A DNA stretch of 64,000 nucleotides, from positions 35,263 to 99,262 of the forward strand of contig CAJQON010000002.1 of assembly GCA_905479995.1 (NCBI GenBank). Reading direction: 5' to 3'. Shown here one piece after another: positions 18,212-27,535 of the stretch. Both the position numbers and the translations under genes were made by a program. The notes beneath the pieces are model-generated. The model did no database searches. It had not been told where the DNA came from and was given only the letters and a program-made list of their open reading frames with translations. The stretch comes from an uncultured Flavobacteriales bacterium. Lineage in GTDB: Bacteria > Bacteroidota > Bacteroidia > Flavobacteriales_E > Vicingaceae. How positions within the stretch are numbered: the stretch's first letter is position 1; each line of letters starts with the position of its first letter.

Positions 18212-19249
18212 ATGACACAGTTCAACGACAATTTTTTAAAAGCTTGTAGAAGAGAAGAAACTCCTTACACACCACTTTGGTTAGCCCGACAAGCAGGAAG
18301 ATACCAAAAAGAGTACATGAAGATTAAAGAAAAGTACAGCATCATAGATATTAGTACTATCCCTGAGGTTTCTGCTGAAGTAACCTTATTGCCTATCAAC
18401 CAATTTGAGTTGGATTCGGCTATTATATTTTCTGATATTTTAATTCCTTTGGGACCAATGGGAATTAGCTTCGAATACAAAAAAGGATATGGACCGTTAA
18501 TTCATAATCCAGTAAGAACTGTTGCTGATGTTGAGAAATTAAAAGTGGTAGATCCTGCTACAGAAATGTGGTACACAGGAAAAGCCTTAAGTATCTTAAA
18601 AAAAGAATTGAATGTACCTTGTATAGGCTTTGTTGGTGCTCCATTTACATTAGCAAGTTACATGATAGAAGGCGGTCCATCTAAGAACTACGAAACCATG
18701 AAAGCTTTTATGTACAACGAAACAAAAGCTTGGCACTTATTAATGGATAAGCTAGGAACTGTAATGGCCAACTACTTAAATTTTCAAATTGAAAGTGGTG
18801 CAATGGTTGTGCAAATTTTTGACAGCTGGGTGGGTGCGTTAGATATCGCTGACTACAACGAATATGTTTATCCTCACGTAGAAAAGATGATACAAATAGT
18901 AAAGGAAAAAAACCCTACTGTACCTTTAATTTCTATGGGCGTACACTCTGCTCATTTAATACCAAGTTTGCGAAAAGCTAACCCAGATGTAATTGCAATT
19001 GATTGGAAAACCGACTTAGCAAAAACTTGGAAAGATTTAAACTACGAAGTGGCTGTACAGGGAAACTTAGATCCTACAGCTTTGTTTGCTGATTGGGATA
19101 TTATTGAAGCAAAAACGAAAAGAATTTTAGATTCTGTAAAAGGAATTGATGGGCATATTTTTAATTTAGGACACGGTATTTTACCAGGAACTCCTGTTGA
19201 GAACGTAAAACAGCTATGTAAGTTTGTGCATGAGTATACGAGGAAATAG
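18212..19249 (+). CDS. hemE: Uroporphyrinogen decarboxylase
   Basis: NDNFLKACRREETPYTPLWLARQAGRYQKEY, FDSWVGAL, NLGHGILPGTP. Confidence 0.93.
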   Translation: MTQFNDNFLKACRREETPYTPLWLARQAGRYQKEYMKIKEKYSIIDISTIPEVSAEVTLLPINQFELDSAIIFSDILIPLGPMGISFEYKKGYGPLIHNPVRTVADVEKLKVVDPATEMWYTGKALSILKKELNVPCIGFVGAPFTLASYMIEGGPSKNYETMKAFMYNETKAWHLLMDKLGTVMANYLNFQIESGAMVVQIFDSWVGALDIADYNEYVYPHVEKMIQIVKEKNPTVPLISMGVHSAHLIPSLRKANPDVIAIDWKTDLAKTWKDLNYEVAVQGNLDPTALFADWDIIEAKTKRILDSVKGIDGHIFNLGHGILPGTPVENVKQLCKFVHEYTRK

Positions 19250-19250
19250 A

Positions 19251-19706
19251 ATGAATCCATTAGAAAACATTAAAAAGTTAAATCTTAGTTTACCTGAAGT
19301 ATCAACCCCCGGAGGTTCCTATCTTTCAGTAAACATTAGAGCAAATATTGCCTACATTGCTATACAATTCCCTATTAACAATGGTGATTATTTATACCAA
19401 GGAAGGTTAGGTAATGGGATTTCTACAGAGGATGGATATAAAGCTATGGAATTATGCGCTTTAAATGTTTTAGCTCAAGTGAATGAAAAAATAAGTTTTG
19501 AAAATATTATCGGTTTAAATCATTTTGACGCCTATTTTCAAGCTTTTGAAAATTGGGATGAATCACCTAAAGTGGTAAATGGAGCTTCAGATCTATTTGT
19601 AAAGGTACTTGGAGCTAAAGGGGGTCACTCAAGAGCTATTTTTGGAGTAGAAAAATTACCTCGAAACTTTTGTGTTGGATTAACCGCTACTTTTACTCTC
19701 AAATAA
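19251..19706 (+). CDS. RidA/YjgF-like family protein
   Basis: ATG at 19251, 1 nt after the hemE stop. LPEVSTPGGSYLSVNIRANIAYIAIQFP...GRLGNGISTEDGYKAMELCALNVLAQV. Confidence 0.7.
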   Translation: MNPLENIKKLNLSLPEVSTPGGSYLSVNIRANIAYIAIQFPINNGDYLYQGRLGNGISTEDGYKAMELCALNVLAQVNEKISFENIIGLNHFDAYFQAFENWDESPKVVNGASDLFVKVLGAKGGHSRAIFGVEKLPRNFCVGLTATFTLK

Positions 19707-19710
19707 TAAA

Positions 19711-20250
19711 TCACTCCAATACAAAACCTTCAATTTTATCTAATTTCTTCTGCGTAAATTTTCCGGAAGTAGAATAAACAATTTTTCCGTTTTCATCTAA
19801 CACAAAAAAGTAAGGTTTGCTTTTCTCTTTTAGCTTGAGTTCTTCTTGGTACAACGAAATATTCCCTTTATAAAAGAGTACATATGGATGTAGCTCTTTA
19901 TCCAACTCCTTTTTGGTTTTCTTTTTCATAGAATTATAAGCCACTTTATTTGCCCCGTTAAACATCGGAACGAAGTAGATGTTTACATTATAATCTATTG
20001 GAATAAATGTGTTTTGATTGATAAACTGATCGTAAACTGGCTGCATCCAGGTGCGTAAATCTTTGTCTGCTTTTTTAGATGAAGCCACACCAATTATTGT
20101 AAACTTTCCTTTTGTTGCTTTAGGGATATTCACTTTTTCATCTTTTAAAGTTTCTCCCGTTAAATCAGGAAATTGATTTCCTACATTAGCCAAACAAAGG
20201 TTAGCCATAAAAAAACAACATCCGGTAATAACTAATTTTAAGTTCTTCAT
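19711..20250 (-). CDS. Secreted hypothetical protein, thioredoxin-fold-like without CXXC
   Basis: Signal peptide, then FPDLTGETLKDEKVNIPK...KFTIIGVASS...FFVLDENGKIVY, which resembles redoxin architecture. No active-site cysteines. Confidence 0.5.
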   Translation of the reverse strand: MKNLKLVITGCCFFMANLCLANVGNQFPDLTGETLKDEKVNIPKATKGKFTIIGVASSKKADKDLRTWMQPVYDQFINQNTFIPIDYNVNIYFVPMFNGANKVAYNSMKKKTKKELDKELHPYVLFYKGNISLYQEELKLKEKSKPYFFVLDENGKIVYSTSGKFTQKKLDKIEGFVLE

Positions 20251-20388
20251 ACTCCAAAATTTAAAGGTTCAATTGGTACTTTTGAGAAAATCAAATGATT
20301 AGTTAAAGAACGCCTTTGGGCACCATATTATTATGTAACGTACTTCATTAAAAAAACCAAAAACTCTAATAAGCAATATTTTCCACCT

Positions 20389-22509
20389 ATGTTTTCAACC
20401 CACATTTCAAAACACATTAACTTACCCGAAAAGGATGTAAAAGCCGTTATTAACTTATTAGAAGGTGGAGCTACTGTTCCGTTTATTGCGCGTTATCGAA
20501 AAGACATTACGGGCGCTATGGAAGACATTAATGTTTTTGAAGTTGAAAAACAATTGGCCAAATTTAAGGTGCTAGAAAAAAGAAAAATTCACATATCTTC
20601 GGTAATTGAAGAACAAGGAAAACTATCATCCGATTTAAAAGAAAAAATAGACAATTGCTGGGATGAAAAAATGCTGGAAGACATTTATTTGCCTTACAAA
20701 CCAAAACGTCAAACCAAAGCAGAAGTAGCTCGGAAAAATGGCTTAGAAGGCTTGGCCAAAATCATCATCAAACAAGAACAACAAAATTTAGGTAACAGCA
20801 TTAGTCGCTTTATAAAAGGCAACATTAAAACTGAAGAAGAAGCTATTGATGGTGCAAAAGATATTATTGCCGAATGGATTAGTGAACGACAAAACACGAG
20901 AGATAGAATAAGAAGAACCTTTAATTATGATGGCGAGTTATACTCCAAGTTAAAAAAAGGAAAAGAGGCTGCTGCCGAAAAATATGAACTGTATTTCGAT
21001 TTTTCTCAAAAAGCGACTAAAGCGCCATCGCATAGGGTATTGGCCATTTTAAGAGGAACGGAAGAAGGTCTTTTAACTTCAGGGATTAAGGTAGATAAAG
21101 GCAAAATTTTGGAAATGATGAACCAATATTTTGTAAAAGGAAACGGAACGGCTTCTGACATTGTAAAGCAAGCAGTAAAAGATGCCTACCAACGATTACT
21201 AAAACCAACCATTGAAAGTGAACTTTTAAAAGACATTAAAGCAAAATCGGATGAAGAAGCGATTAAAGTTTTTGCTAAAAACATACGTCAATTGTTAATG
21301 GTTCCTCCATTGGGTAGCAAAAATATTTTAGCCATAGATCCGGGGTTTAAAACAGGCTGCAAAGTTGTTTGTCTAGATCAACAAGGAAACTTAGTTCATA
21401 ACGAAACTATTTTTCCTCACCCACCACAAAATAAATTTAGTGCAGCTGCCAGCAAAATTTCAGGTTTGGCCAATGCCTATAAAATTGAAGCCATTGCCAT
21501 TGGGAACGGAACCGCTGGAAGAGAAACAGAAAATTTGGTAAAGAATGTTCATTTTAATAAACAAGTAGAAGTTTATACTGTTAACGAAAATGGTGCTTCT
21601 ATTTATTCGGCTTCACCTATTGGACGAGAAGAATTTCCTGATTATGATGTAACGGTTAGAGGTTCTGTAAGTATAGGCAGGCGTTTAATGGATCCTTTGG
21701 CAGAATTGGTAAAGATTGACCCAAAATCTGTTGGTGCTGGACAATACCAGCATGATGTAGACCAAAGTTTATTAAAGAACGAATTGGATCACGTGGTTGA
21801 ATCATGTGTTAACCAAATTGGGGTAAATGTAAACACAGCCAGTAAATATTTATTGCAATATGTAGCTGGTGTTGGACCTGTTTTGGCTCAAAACATAATT
21901 GATTACCGTACAGAAAATGGTTCTTTTGATTCACGAGAGTCGCTCAAAAAAGTGCCAAGAATGGGAGCTAAAGTTTTTGAACAATGTGCTGGTTTTTTAA
22001 GGGTAAAAGGAAGCAATGTTTTGGATAACACTTCTGTTCATCCTGAACAATACAAAACTGTAACAGCCATTGCCAAATCATTCAACAAAAAAGTAACTGA
22101 TTTAATTGAAGACGAAAACATTGTTAATTCAGAATTGAACGAAACACTAGTTGCTCAAGTTGGCAAACTAACGTTAGAAGATATTTTAAAAGAACTCGCT
22201 AAACCTGGATTTGATCCACGAAAAAAAATACGCAAATTCAACTTTGATGAAAGTCTAAAAACTATAAAAGATGTAAAGGAAGGTATGATTGTGCCTGGAC
22301 TGGTAACTAACTTGACCAACTTTGGAGCTTTTGTAGACATTGGCATTAAGGAAAATGGTTTGGTACATATTTCTCAAATTACCGACCGATATATTAGTAG
22401 CCCAATGGAAGAACTCGATTTAAACGATTATGTAAAAGTAAAAGTGGTTACGGTTGATGTTGCTAAAAAACGAATAGGACTTTCTATTAAAGATGCTAAA
22501 ATTGGATAA
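20389..22509 (+). CDS. tex: Tex-like transcription accessory protein (S1 RNA-binding)
   Basis: 706 aa. VPFIARYRKD, YqgF/RuvC-like ILAIDPGFKTGCKV, HhH region, C-terminal S1 domain GLVTNLTNFGAFVDIG...GLVHISQI. Confidence 0.93.
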   Translation: MFSTHISKHINLPEKDVKAVINLLEGGATVPFIARYRKDITGAMEDINVFEVEKQLAKFKVLEKRKIHISSVIEEQGKLSSDLKEKIDNCWDEKMLEDIYLPYKPKRQTKAEVARKNGLEGLAKIIIKQEQQNLGNSISRFIKGNIKTEEEAIDGAKDIIAEWISERQNTRDRIRRTFNYDGELYSKLKKGKEAAAEKYELYFDFSQKATKAPSHRVLAILRGTEEGLLTSGIKVDKGKILEMMNQYFVKGNGTASDIVKQAVKDAYQRLLKPTIESELLKDIKAKSDEEAIKVFAKNIRQLLMVPPLGSKNILAIDPGFKTGCKVVCLDQQGNLVHNETIFPHPPQNKFSAAASKISGLANAYKIEAIAIGNGTAGRETENLVKNVHFNKQVEVYTVNENGASIYSASPIGREEFPDYDVTVRGSVSIGRRLMDPLAELVKIDPKSVGAGQYQHDVDQSLLKNELDHVVESCVNQIGVNVNTASKYLLQYVAGVGPVLAQNIIDYRTENGSFDSRESLKKVPRMGAKVFEQCAGFLRVKGSNVLDNTSVHPEQYKTVTAIAKSFNKKVTDLIEDENIVNSELNETLVAQVGKLTLEDILKELAKPGFDPRKKIRKFNFDESLKTIKDVKEGMIVPGLVTNLTNFGAFVDIGIKENGLVHISQITDRYISSPMEELDLNDYVKVKVVTVDVAKKRIGLSIKDAKIG

Positions 22510-23545
22510 GCAGCACTTTTGCATATTACCTTGGATACATTTACATGTTGCTCAAAACGGAAGAGTAAGCCCATGTTGTAACAATAATCGCTATTTAGGA
22601 AATGTTCAGGAACAAACAATAGCTGACATTTGGAAAGGAAAGAAATTTGAAGCTATTCGTGAGCAGTTTCAAAATGATATACCAGACAAAAGGTGTAGCC
22701 ACTGTTACAATATAGAAAAATCTGGTAAGCAAAGTATGCGCCAAATTTCGAATAAGAAATACACTAAAGAACTACAAAGAGTTGAAGAAAATAACCCTCA
22801 ACCAATCTATTTAGATATACGATTTTCTAACATATGTAATTTTAAATGCAAAACCTGCTGGCATGGAAACAGTTCGGCTTGGTATGAAGAAGGAAGTAAA
22901 CGCAACGCCTCTGATGAAAGGATAATTAAAGCGTTTACCAATAATTTTAACGAGCTTTTTGATTACCTAAATGATGTTGAAGAGATTTATTTTGCCGGTG
23001 GTGAACCACTCATTATGGAAGAACATTATCAGATTTTGGAAGAACTTGAAAAGAGGGAGCTATTTGATATACAACTGCGATACAACACCAATTTTTCTAA
23101 CTTAAATTTTAAAGACAAAAACATTTTAGATGTTTGGAAAAAATTTAACAACGTACATGTAAGCGCTAGTATTGATGCTGCTTTTGAATTAGGCTCAGAA
23201 ATTAGAGAAGGTTTTGATTGGCAACAATTTATCAATAACAGAAAACAAATGCAGGCCAGTTGTCCTGAAATTTATTTTGAAATTGCTCCTACCATTAGCA
23301 CTCTTAACATTTTTAAATTACCTGAATTGCATCAAACATTGGTTAATCTAAATCTAATAAGTATTGATAACATTTACCTCAATTTTTTAGAAAGACCTTT
23401 AACTTATAACTTGAAATCATTACCCGAAGATGACAAATTAAAGGTGATAGAAATTATTGAAAAACATATGAGTTGGTTAGCTAAAAACTCGACTCATTTT
23501 TCGATTGTTAAACAATATAAAAATTTGTTAAATTATCTGCAATAA
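22493..23545 (+). CDS. Radical SAM protein with an N-terminal twitch/SPASM-like Cys-rich domain
   Basis: N-terminus CILPWIHLHVAQNGRVSPCC...C..C, followed by DIRFSNICNFKCKTCW (CxxxCxxC) and GGEPL. Overlaps the tex 3' end by 17 nt. Confidence 0.8.
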   Translation: MLKLDKQHFCILPWIHLHVAQNGRVSPCCNNNRYLGNVQEQTIADIWKGKKFEAIREQFQNDIPDKRCSHCYNIEKSGKQSMRQISNKKYTKELQRVEENNPQPIYLDIRFSNICNFKCKTCWHGNSSAWYEEGSKRNASDERIIKAFTNNFNELFDYLNDVEEIYFAGGEPLIMEEHYQILEELEKRELFDIQLRYNTNFSNLNFKDKNILDVWKKFNNVHVSASIDAAFELGSEIREGFDWQQFINNRKQMQASCPEIYFEIAPTISTLNIFKLPELHQTLVNLNLISIDNIYLNFLERPLTYNLKSLPEDDKLKVIEIIEKHMSWLAKNSTHFSIVKQYKNLLNYLQ

Positions 23546-23629
23546 TGTTAAGTTAAAAGACTGATTATCAGACAAAAATATTGCCCAGCAATGTTTTTTA
23601 GATTAGTTTTGCCTCGAAATCTGCTGCAC

Positions 23630-24496
23630 ATGTTAAACAAAACAATCACTACTCTATTTATAGGGCTCTTATTTTTTGGATTTAAAAGCGATAAAAAAGC
23701 TTACCAAGTTTTCGATCAAAACGGCAAAGGAATCGCCTATGATAAGATGGTGAAAAAAATTGCCGAAGCAGATATTATTCTTTTTGGAGAATTGTATGAC
23801 AACCCAATTAATCATTGGATGAAATATGAAATTACTATAGACATTTTTGAAAACTACAACGATTACTTAGCCTTAGGAGCACAACGTTACGAATCTGACA
23901 ATCAGCTTATTATAAACGAGTATTTAGGTGGTCATATTGACTATAAAACCTTAAAAAGAAGAACCGAGGTCTGGGAGAAGAACTTTAGCGATTTCCATCC
24001 CTTATTAGACTTTGCACGTGACCACCAGTTGACCTTTGTTGCTTCCAATATCCCTAGAAGATACGCTGGCATGGTGAGTGAACAAGGCTTTAAAGCCTTT
24101 AACCACCTATCGTTACAAGCACAGAAATATATTGCACCGTTACCTCTAACTTATAATGACAAACTAAAATGTTATACTGATATAAAAAAAATGAAAAGCC
24201 ATGGGAAAATAACAGGAGAAAATTTAGCCAAAGCCCAAGCTTCTAAAGATGCAACAATGGCTCATTTTATCCTAAAAAATATGATTAAGGAAAGAACCTT
24301 TATTCATTTTAACGGAGCTTATCATTCTAAAAATTATGAAGGTATTTATTGGTATTTAAAACAAGCTAATCCAGAATTGAAAATTGCCACTATAAACTGT
24401 GTAGAACAAGAATCTATTGATGACTTAAGCAAAGAGCATTTATCGAGTGCGCACTATATTATAGCGACACCTTTAAGCATAAAGAAAGCCAATTAA
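23630..24496 (+). CDS. ChaN-like (haem-binding / Tiki-superfamily) protein
   Basis: Signal-like MLNKTITTLFIGLLFFGF, then ADIILFGELYDNPINHW, which resembles the ChaN N-terminal motif. An alternative upstream ATG lies at 23591. Confidence 0.6.
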   Translation: MLNKTITTLFIGLLFFGFKSDKKAYQVFDQNGKGIAYDKMVKKIAEADIILFGELYDNPINHWMKYEITIDIFENYNDYLALGAQRYESDNQLIINEYLGGHIDYKTLKRRTEVWEKNFSDFHPLLDFARDHQLTFVASNIPRRYAGMVSEQGFKAFNHLSLQAQKYIAPLPLTYNDKLKCYTDIKKMKSHGKITGENLAKAQASKDATMAHFILKNMIKERTFIHFNGAYHSKNYEGIYWYLKQANPELKIATINCVEQESIDDLSKEHLSSAHYIIATPLSIKKAN

Positions 24497-24515
24497 TTTT
24501 TTAGTATAGTGTAAA

Positions 24516-26438
24516 CTATTGAGTCAGACCTTCAAGTTGTTGCTCACTATTTTCCCAATCCAACATGGTCTGATCTAACTTAGATTTCACCTCATTGTAT
24601 TCTACTAAAACTTCATCTGTATAAGAACTTGGATCTGCCAACTGCTTGTTTAATTCTTCAATTTTAGCTTCATATTCGCCTACCTCTTTCTCTAATTTAC
24701 CTATTCTATTTTGGGTTTTACGAATGTCTTTATCGAGCTGTTTCTTTTCTTCATAACTTAACTTATGAGACGAATCTTGCTTTACCTTTTTTTCTGTTTT
24801 CTTCTCCTTATGCTCAAATTCTCTAATTGAATTGGCTTTTTTTGTTTCTAAAAATTCGTAAACACCACCCAAAAATTGTTTAACGTTTCCATCGCTAAAC
24901 TCATACATTTCTGAGGTTAAACCATCTAAAAAATCTCTATCGTGAGAAATAACTACTAAGGTTCCATCGTAACTTTTTAAGGCATCTTTTAATACATCTT
25001 TAGATCGAATGTCTAAGTGATTGGTAGGCTCATCAAGAATTAACAAGTTAACTGGTTCCAATAATAGTTTACACAAAGCAACTCTTGCTCTTTCTCCACC
25101 AGAAAGTACTTTAACCTTTTTTGAAATCTCCTCTTCTCCAAACATAAAAGACCCTAAAAGGTTACGCACCTTTTTCCTAATCTCTCCGTGAGCAGCTTCA
25201 TCAATTGTTTCAAAAACTGTTTTTTCTTTATCTAAAGTTTCAGCTTGGTTTTGAGCAAAATAAGCCAACTCTACATTATGTCCTAACTTTAACAATCCAT
25301 CATGCTCTAACTCTCCAACAATACTTCGAATCATTGTTGTTTTACCTTCCCCATTCTTTCCAACAAAGGCTATCTTTTTACCTCTTTCAACAAAAAAATC
25401 AACCCCACTAAACACTTGGTTATCACCAAAGCTTTTACCTACTCCAGCAGCTTCAATAGAAATTTTTCCTGAGCTAGGAGCTGGAGGAAATGAAAAACGC
25501 ATACTTGAATTGTCCTCTTCTTCAATTTCAATTCTATCTATCTTATCCAATTGTTTTATTCTACTCTGCACCTGAACAGCCTTAGATGCTTTAGATCTAA
25601 ATCGCTCAATAAACTTTTCGGTATCTTGAATTTGTTTTTGCTGATTGTTATAAGCAGCAATTTGTTGTTCTCTTCGCTCTTGTCTTAAACTAAGGTATTT
25701 GGTATAAGGTGCTTTGTAATCATAAATTTGACCCAACGAAATTTCTATTGTTCTATTGGTTACGTTATCCAAAAAGGCCCTATCGTGAGAAACCAAAACT
25801 ACACCTCCTGCATACACTTTCAAAAAATCCTCTAACCATTGGATAGATTCTATATCTAAGTGATTGGTAGGTTCATCTAACAACAACACATCTGCATTGG
25901 ACAATAATATTTTGGCCAATTCAATTCGCATTCTCCAACCCCCACTAAAATCGTCTGTTAAACGTGTAAAATCTTTACTCGAAAACCCTAAACCTTTTAA
26001 AATTGTTTCAATATTGGCTTCAACATTAAATCCACCTAACAATTGTAAACGCTCGTTAAAATCGTTTAAATCATTCAGTAAATCCATGTAGCTATCCGAT
26101 TCATAATCTTCTCTTGTAGCTAATTGATGGTTAATTTCATCTATCCCTTCATTAATTTCATTCACCTCTTTAAAAACCGATTTGGCTTCTTCCATTACAG
26201 TGTTTCCACAAGAAAAATCCATATCCTGAGGAAGGTATCCCACTCTAAAATCTATCGGCATAGATATATTTCCTCCATCCGATTCCGCTTCTCCAGCAAT
26301 AATTTTTAATAGTGACGATTTTCCGGCACCATTTTTACCAACCAAACCTACTCTATCATTCTTATTAATGATAAAAGAGATTTTATCAAATAAATACCGC
26401 TCTCCAAAATTTACAGTCAACTCATTAATTCCTACCAT
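24516..26438 (-). CDS. ABC-F family ATPase (two ABC cassettes, C-terminal coiled coil)
   Basis: GKNGAGKSS and GKNGEGKTT Walker A motifs, LSGGWRMR and LSGGERAR signatures, no TM domain. Confidence 0.92.
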   Translation of the reverse strand: MVGINELTVNFGERYLFDKISFIINKNDRVGLVGKNGAGKSSLLKIIAGEAESDGGNISMPIDFRVGYLPQDMDFSCGNTVMEEAKSVFKEVNEINEGIDEINHQLATREDYESDSYMDLLNDLNDFNERLQLLGGFNVEANIETILKGLGFSSKDFTRLTDDFSGGWRMRIELAKILLSNADVLLLDEPTNHLDIESIQWLEDFLKVYAGGVVLVSHDRAFLDNVTNRTIEISLGQIYDYKAPYTKYLSLRQERREQQIAAYNNQQKQIQDTEKFIERFRSKASKAVQVQSRIKQLDKIDRIEIEEEDNSSMRFSFPPAPSSGKISIEAAGVGKSFGDNQVFSGVDFFVERGKKIAFVGKNGEGKTTMIRSIVGELEHDGLLKLGHNVELAYFAQNQAETLDKEKTVFETIDEAAHGEIRKKVRNLLGSFMFGEEEISKKVKVLSGGERARVALCKLLLEPVNLLILDEPTNHLDIRSKDVLKDALKSYDGTLVVISHDRDFLDGLTSEMYEFSDGNVKQFLGGVYEFLETKKANSIREFEHKEKKTEKKVKQDSSHKLSYEEKKQLDKDIRKTQNRIGKLEKEVGEYEAKIEELNKQLADPSSYTDEVLVEYNEVKSKLDQTMLDWENSEQQLEGLTQ

Positions 26439-26528
26439 GCTGCAAAATTATTAAAAGATAACTGATTTTAGTCACTTTATACCATCTCGTTTTTCATAAC
26501 TTTGTTATATTAAAAATTGAATAATTCT

Positions 26529-26900
26529 ATGGCCAATCAAATAGCAAGTGTTGTTAAAATGAAATGCCCAAAATGTGGTGAAGGTGATTTATTTAAAAAT
26601 AAAAATCCCTATCAATTTAAAGGCTTTTTTGAAATGCCAGATCGATGCACCAATTGCAATCAAGACTTTATGATTGAACCTGGCTTTTATTATGGTTCCA
26701 TGTACGTAAGTTATGGTATTACAATTGGACTTACTGTTGCCGTTTTTGTTGCAATGACCATCCTAAATGTATTTTCTATTGCCCGTTTTATTATAGCTGA
26801 TGTTGTGACACTAGTATTATCATTACCTTATGTTTTTAAAATGTCTAGAGCACTTTGGCTTTCATTAAATGTTAAGTCAAGTTCTAATGTCTATCCATAA
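26529..26900 (+). CDS. DUF983-like small membrane protein with zinc ribbon
   Basis: CPKCGEGDLF...RCTNCNQDF followed by two TM helices. The track ORF starts at TTG 26517. Confidence 0.7.
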   Translation: MANQIASVVKMKCPKCGEGDLFKNKNPYQFKGFFEMPDRCTNCNQDFMIEPGFYYGSMYVSYGITIGLTVAVFVAMTILNVFSIARFIIADVVTLVLSLPYVFKMSRALWLSLNVKSSSNVYP

Positions 26901-27534
26901 AAAATCTATTGAAATAAAGAAAACGGCTTCGTATTGCGTTTCTGGCAATGTAAAAACAGCAAAAAAAATTTGGTTTGTTTTGCACGGTTACGGAATGTTA
27001 GCCGAGTATTTTATTAAAAAGTTTGATGGAATTATTGATGATGAAACATGCGTAATTGCTCCCGAAGGATTGTCGAAATTTTATACCCAAGGATTTAACG
27101 GTAGAGTTGGTGCTACATGGATGACTAAGCAAGATAGAACCGAAGAAATAACCGATTACATCAATTACCTCAATGCCCTTTACCAAGAAATAGTAAATAC
27201 GAATAACGAAGGTCATGTTAAAATAAATTTACTAGGATTTTCTCAAGGTGGAGCAACAGTTAGTAGATGGGCTGCAGCTGAAAAAGTAAGCTTTAACAAT
27301 TTAATTTTATGGTCAAGTGCATTTCCTGAAGACATCAGTTTTAAAACATTAATGAAGAAAAACTGCTTTGTTTTAGTTGGCAATAAGGATGAGTTTGCTT
27401 CTGAAAAAAACATTCTAAGACAAAAAGAACGCTTGAAAAATTCGGATTTAAACGTAAAGATGATCGATTTTGAAGGACCTCACGACATTCCTACTACTGT
27501 TTTAATTGAACAAATTAAAGCCAACAACTGGTAG
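26887..27534 (+). CDS. Alpha/beta hydrolase (phospholipase/carboxylesterase-like)
   Basis: WFVLHGYG and nucleophile elbow GFSQGG. An alternative ATG lies at 26869. Confidence 0.75.
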   Translation: MSIHKKSIEIKKTASYCVSGNVKTAKKIWFVLHGYGMLAEYFIKKFDGIIDDETCVIAPEGLSKFYTQGFNGRVGATWMTKQDRTEEITDYINYLNALYQEIVNTNNEGHVKINLLGFSQGGATVSRWAAAEKVSFNNLILWSSAFPEDISFKTLMKKNCFVLVGNKDEFASEKNILRQKERLKNSDLNVKMIDFEGPHDIPTTVLIEQIKANNW

Positions 27535-27535
27535 T

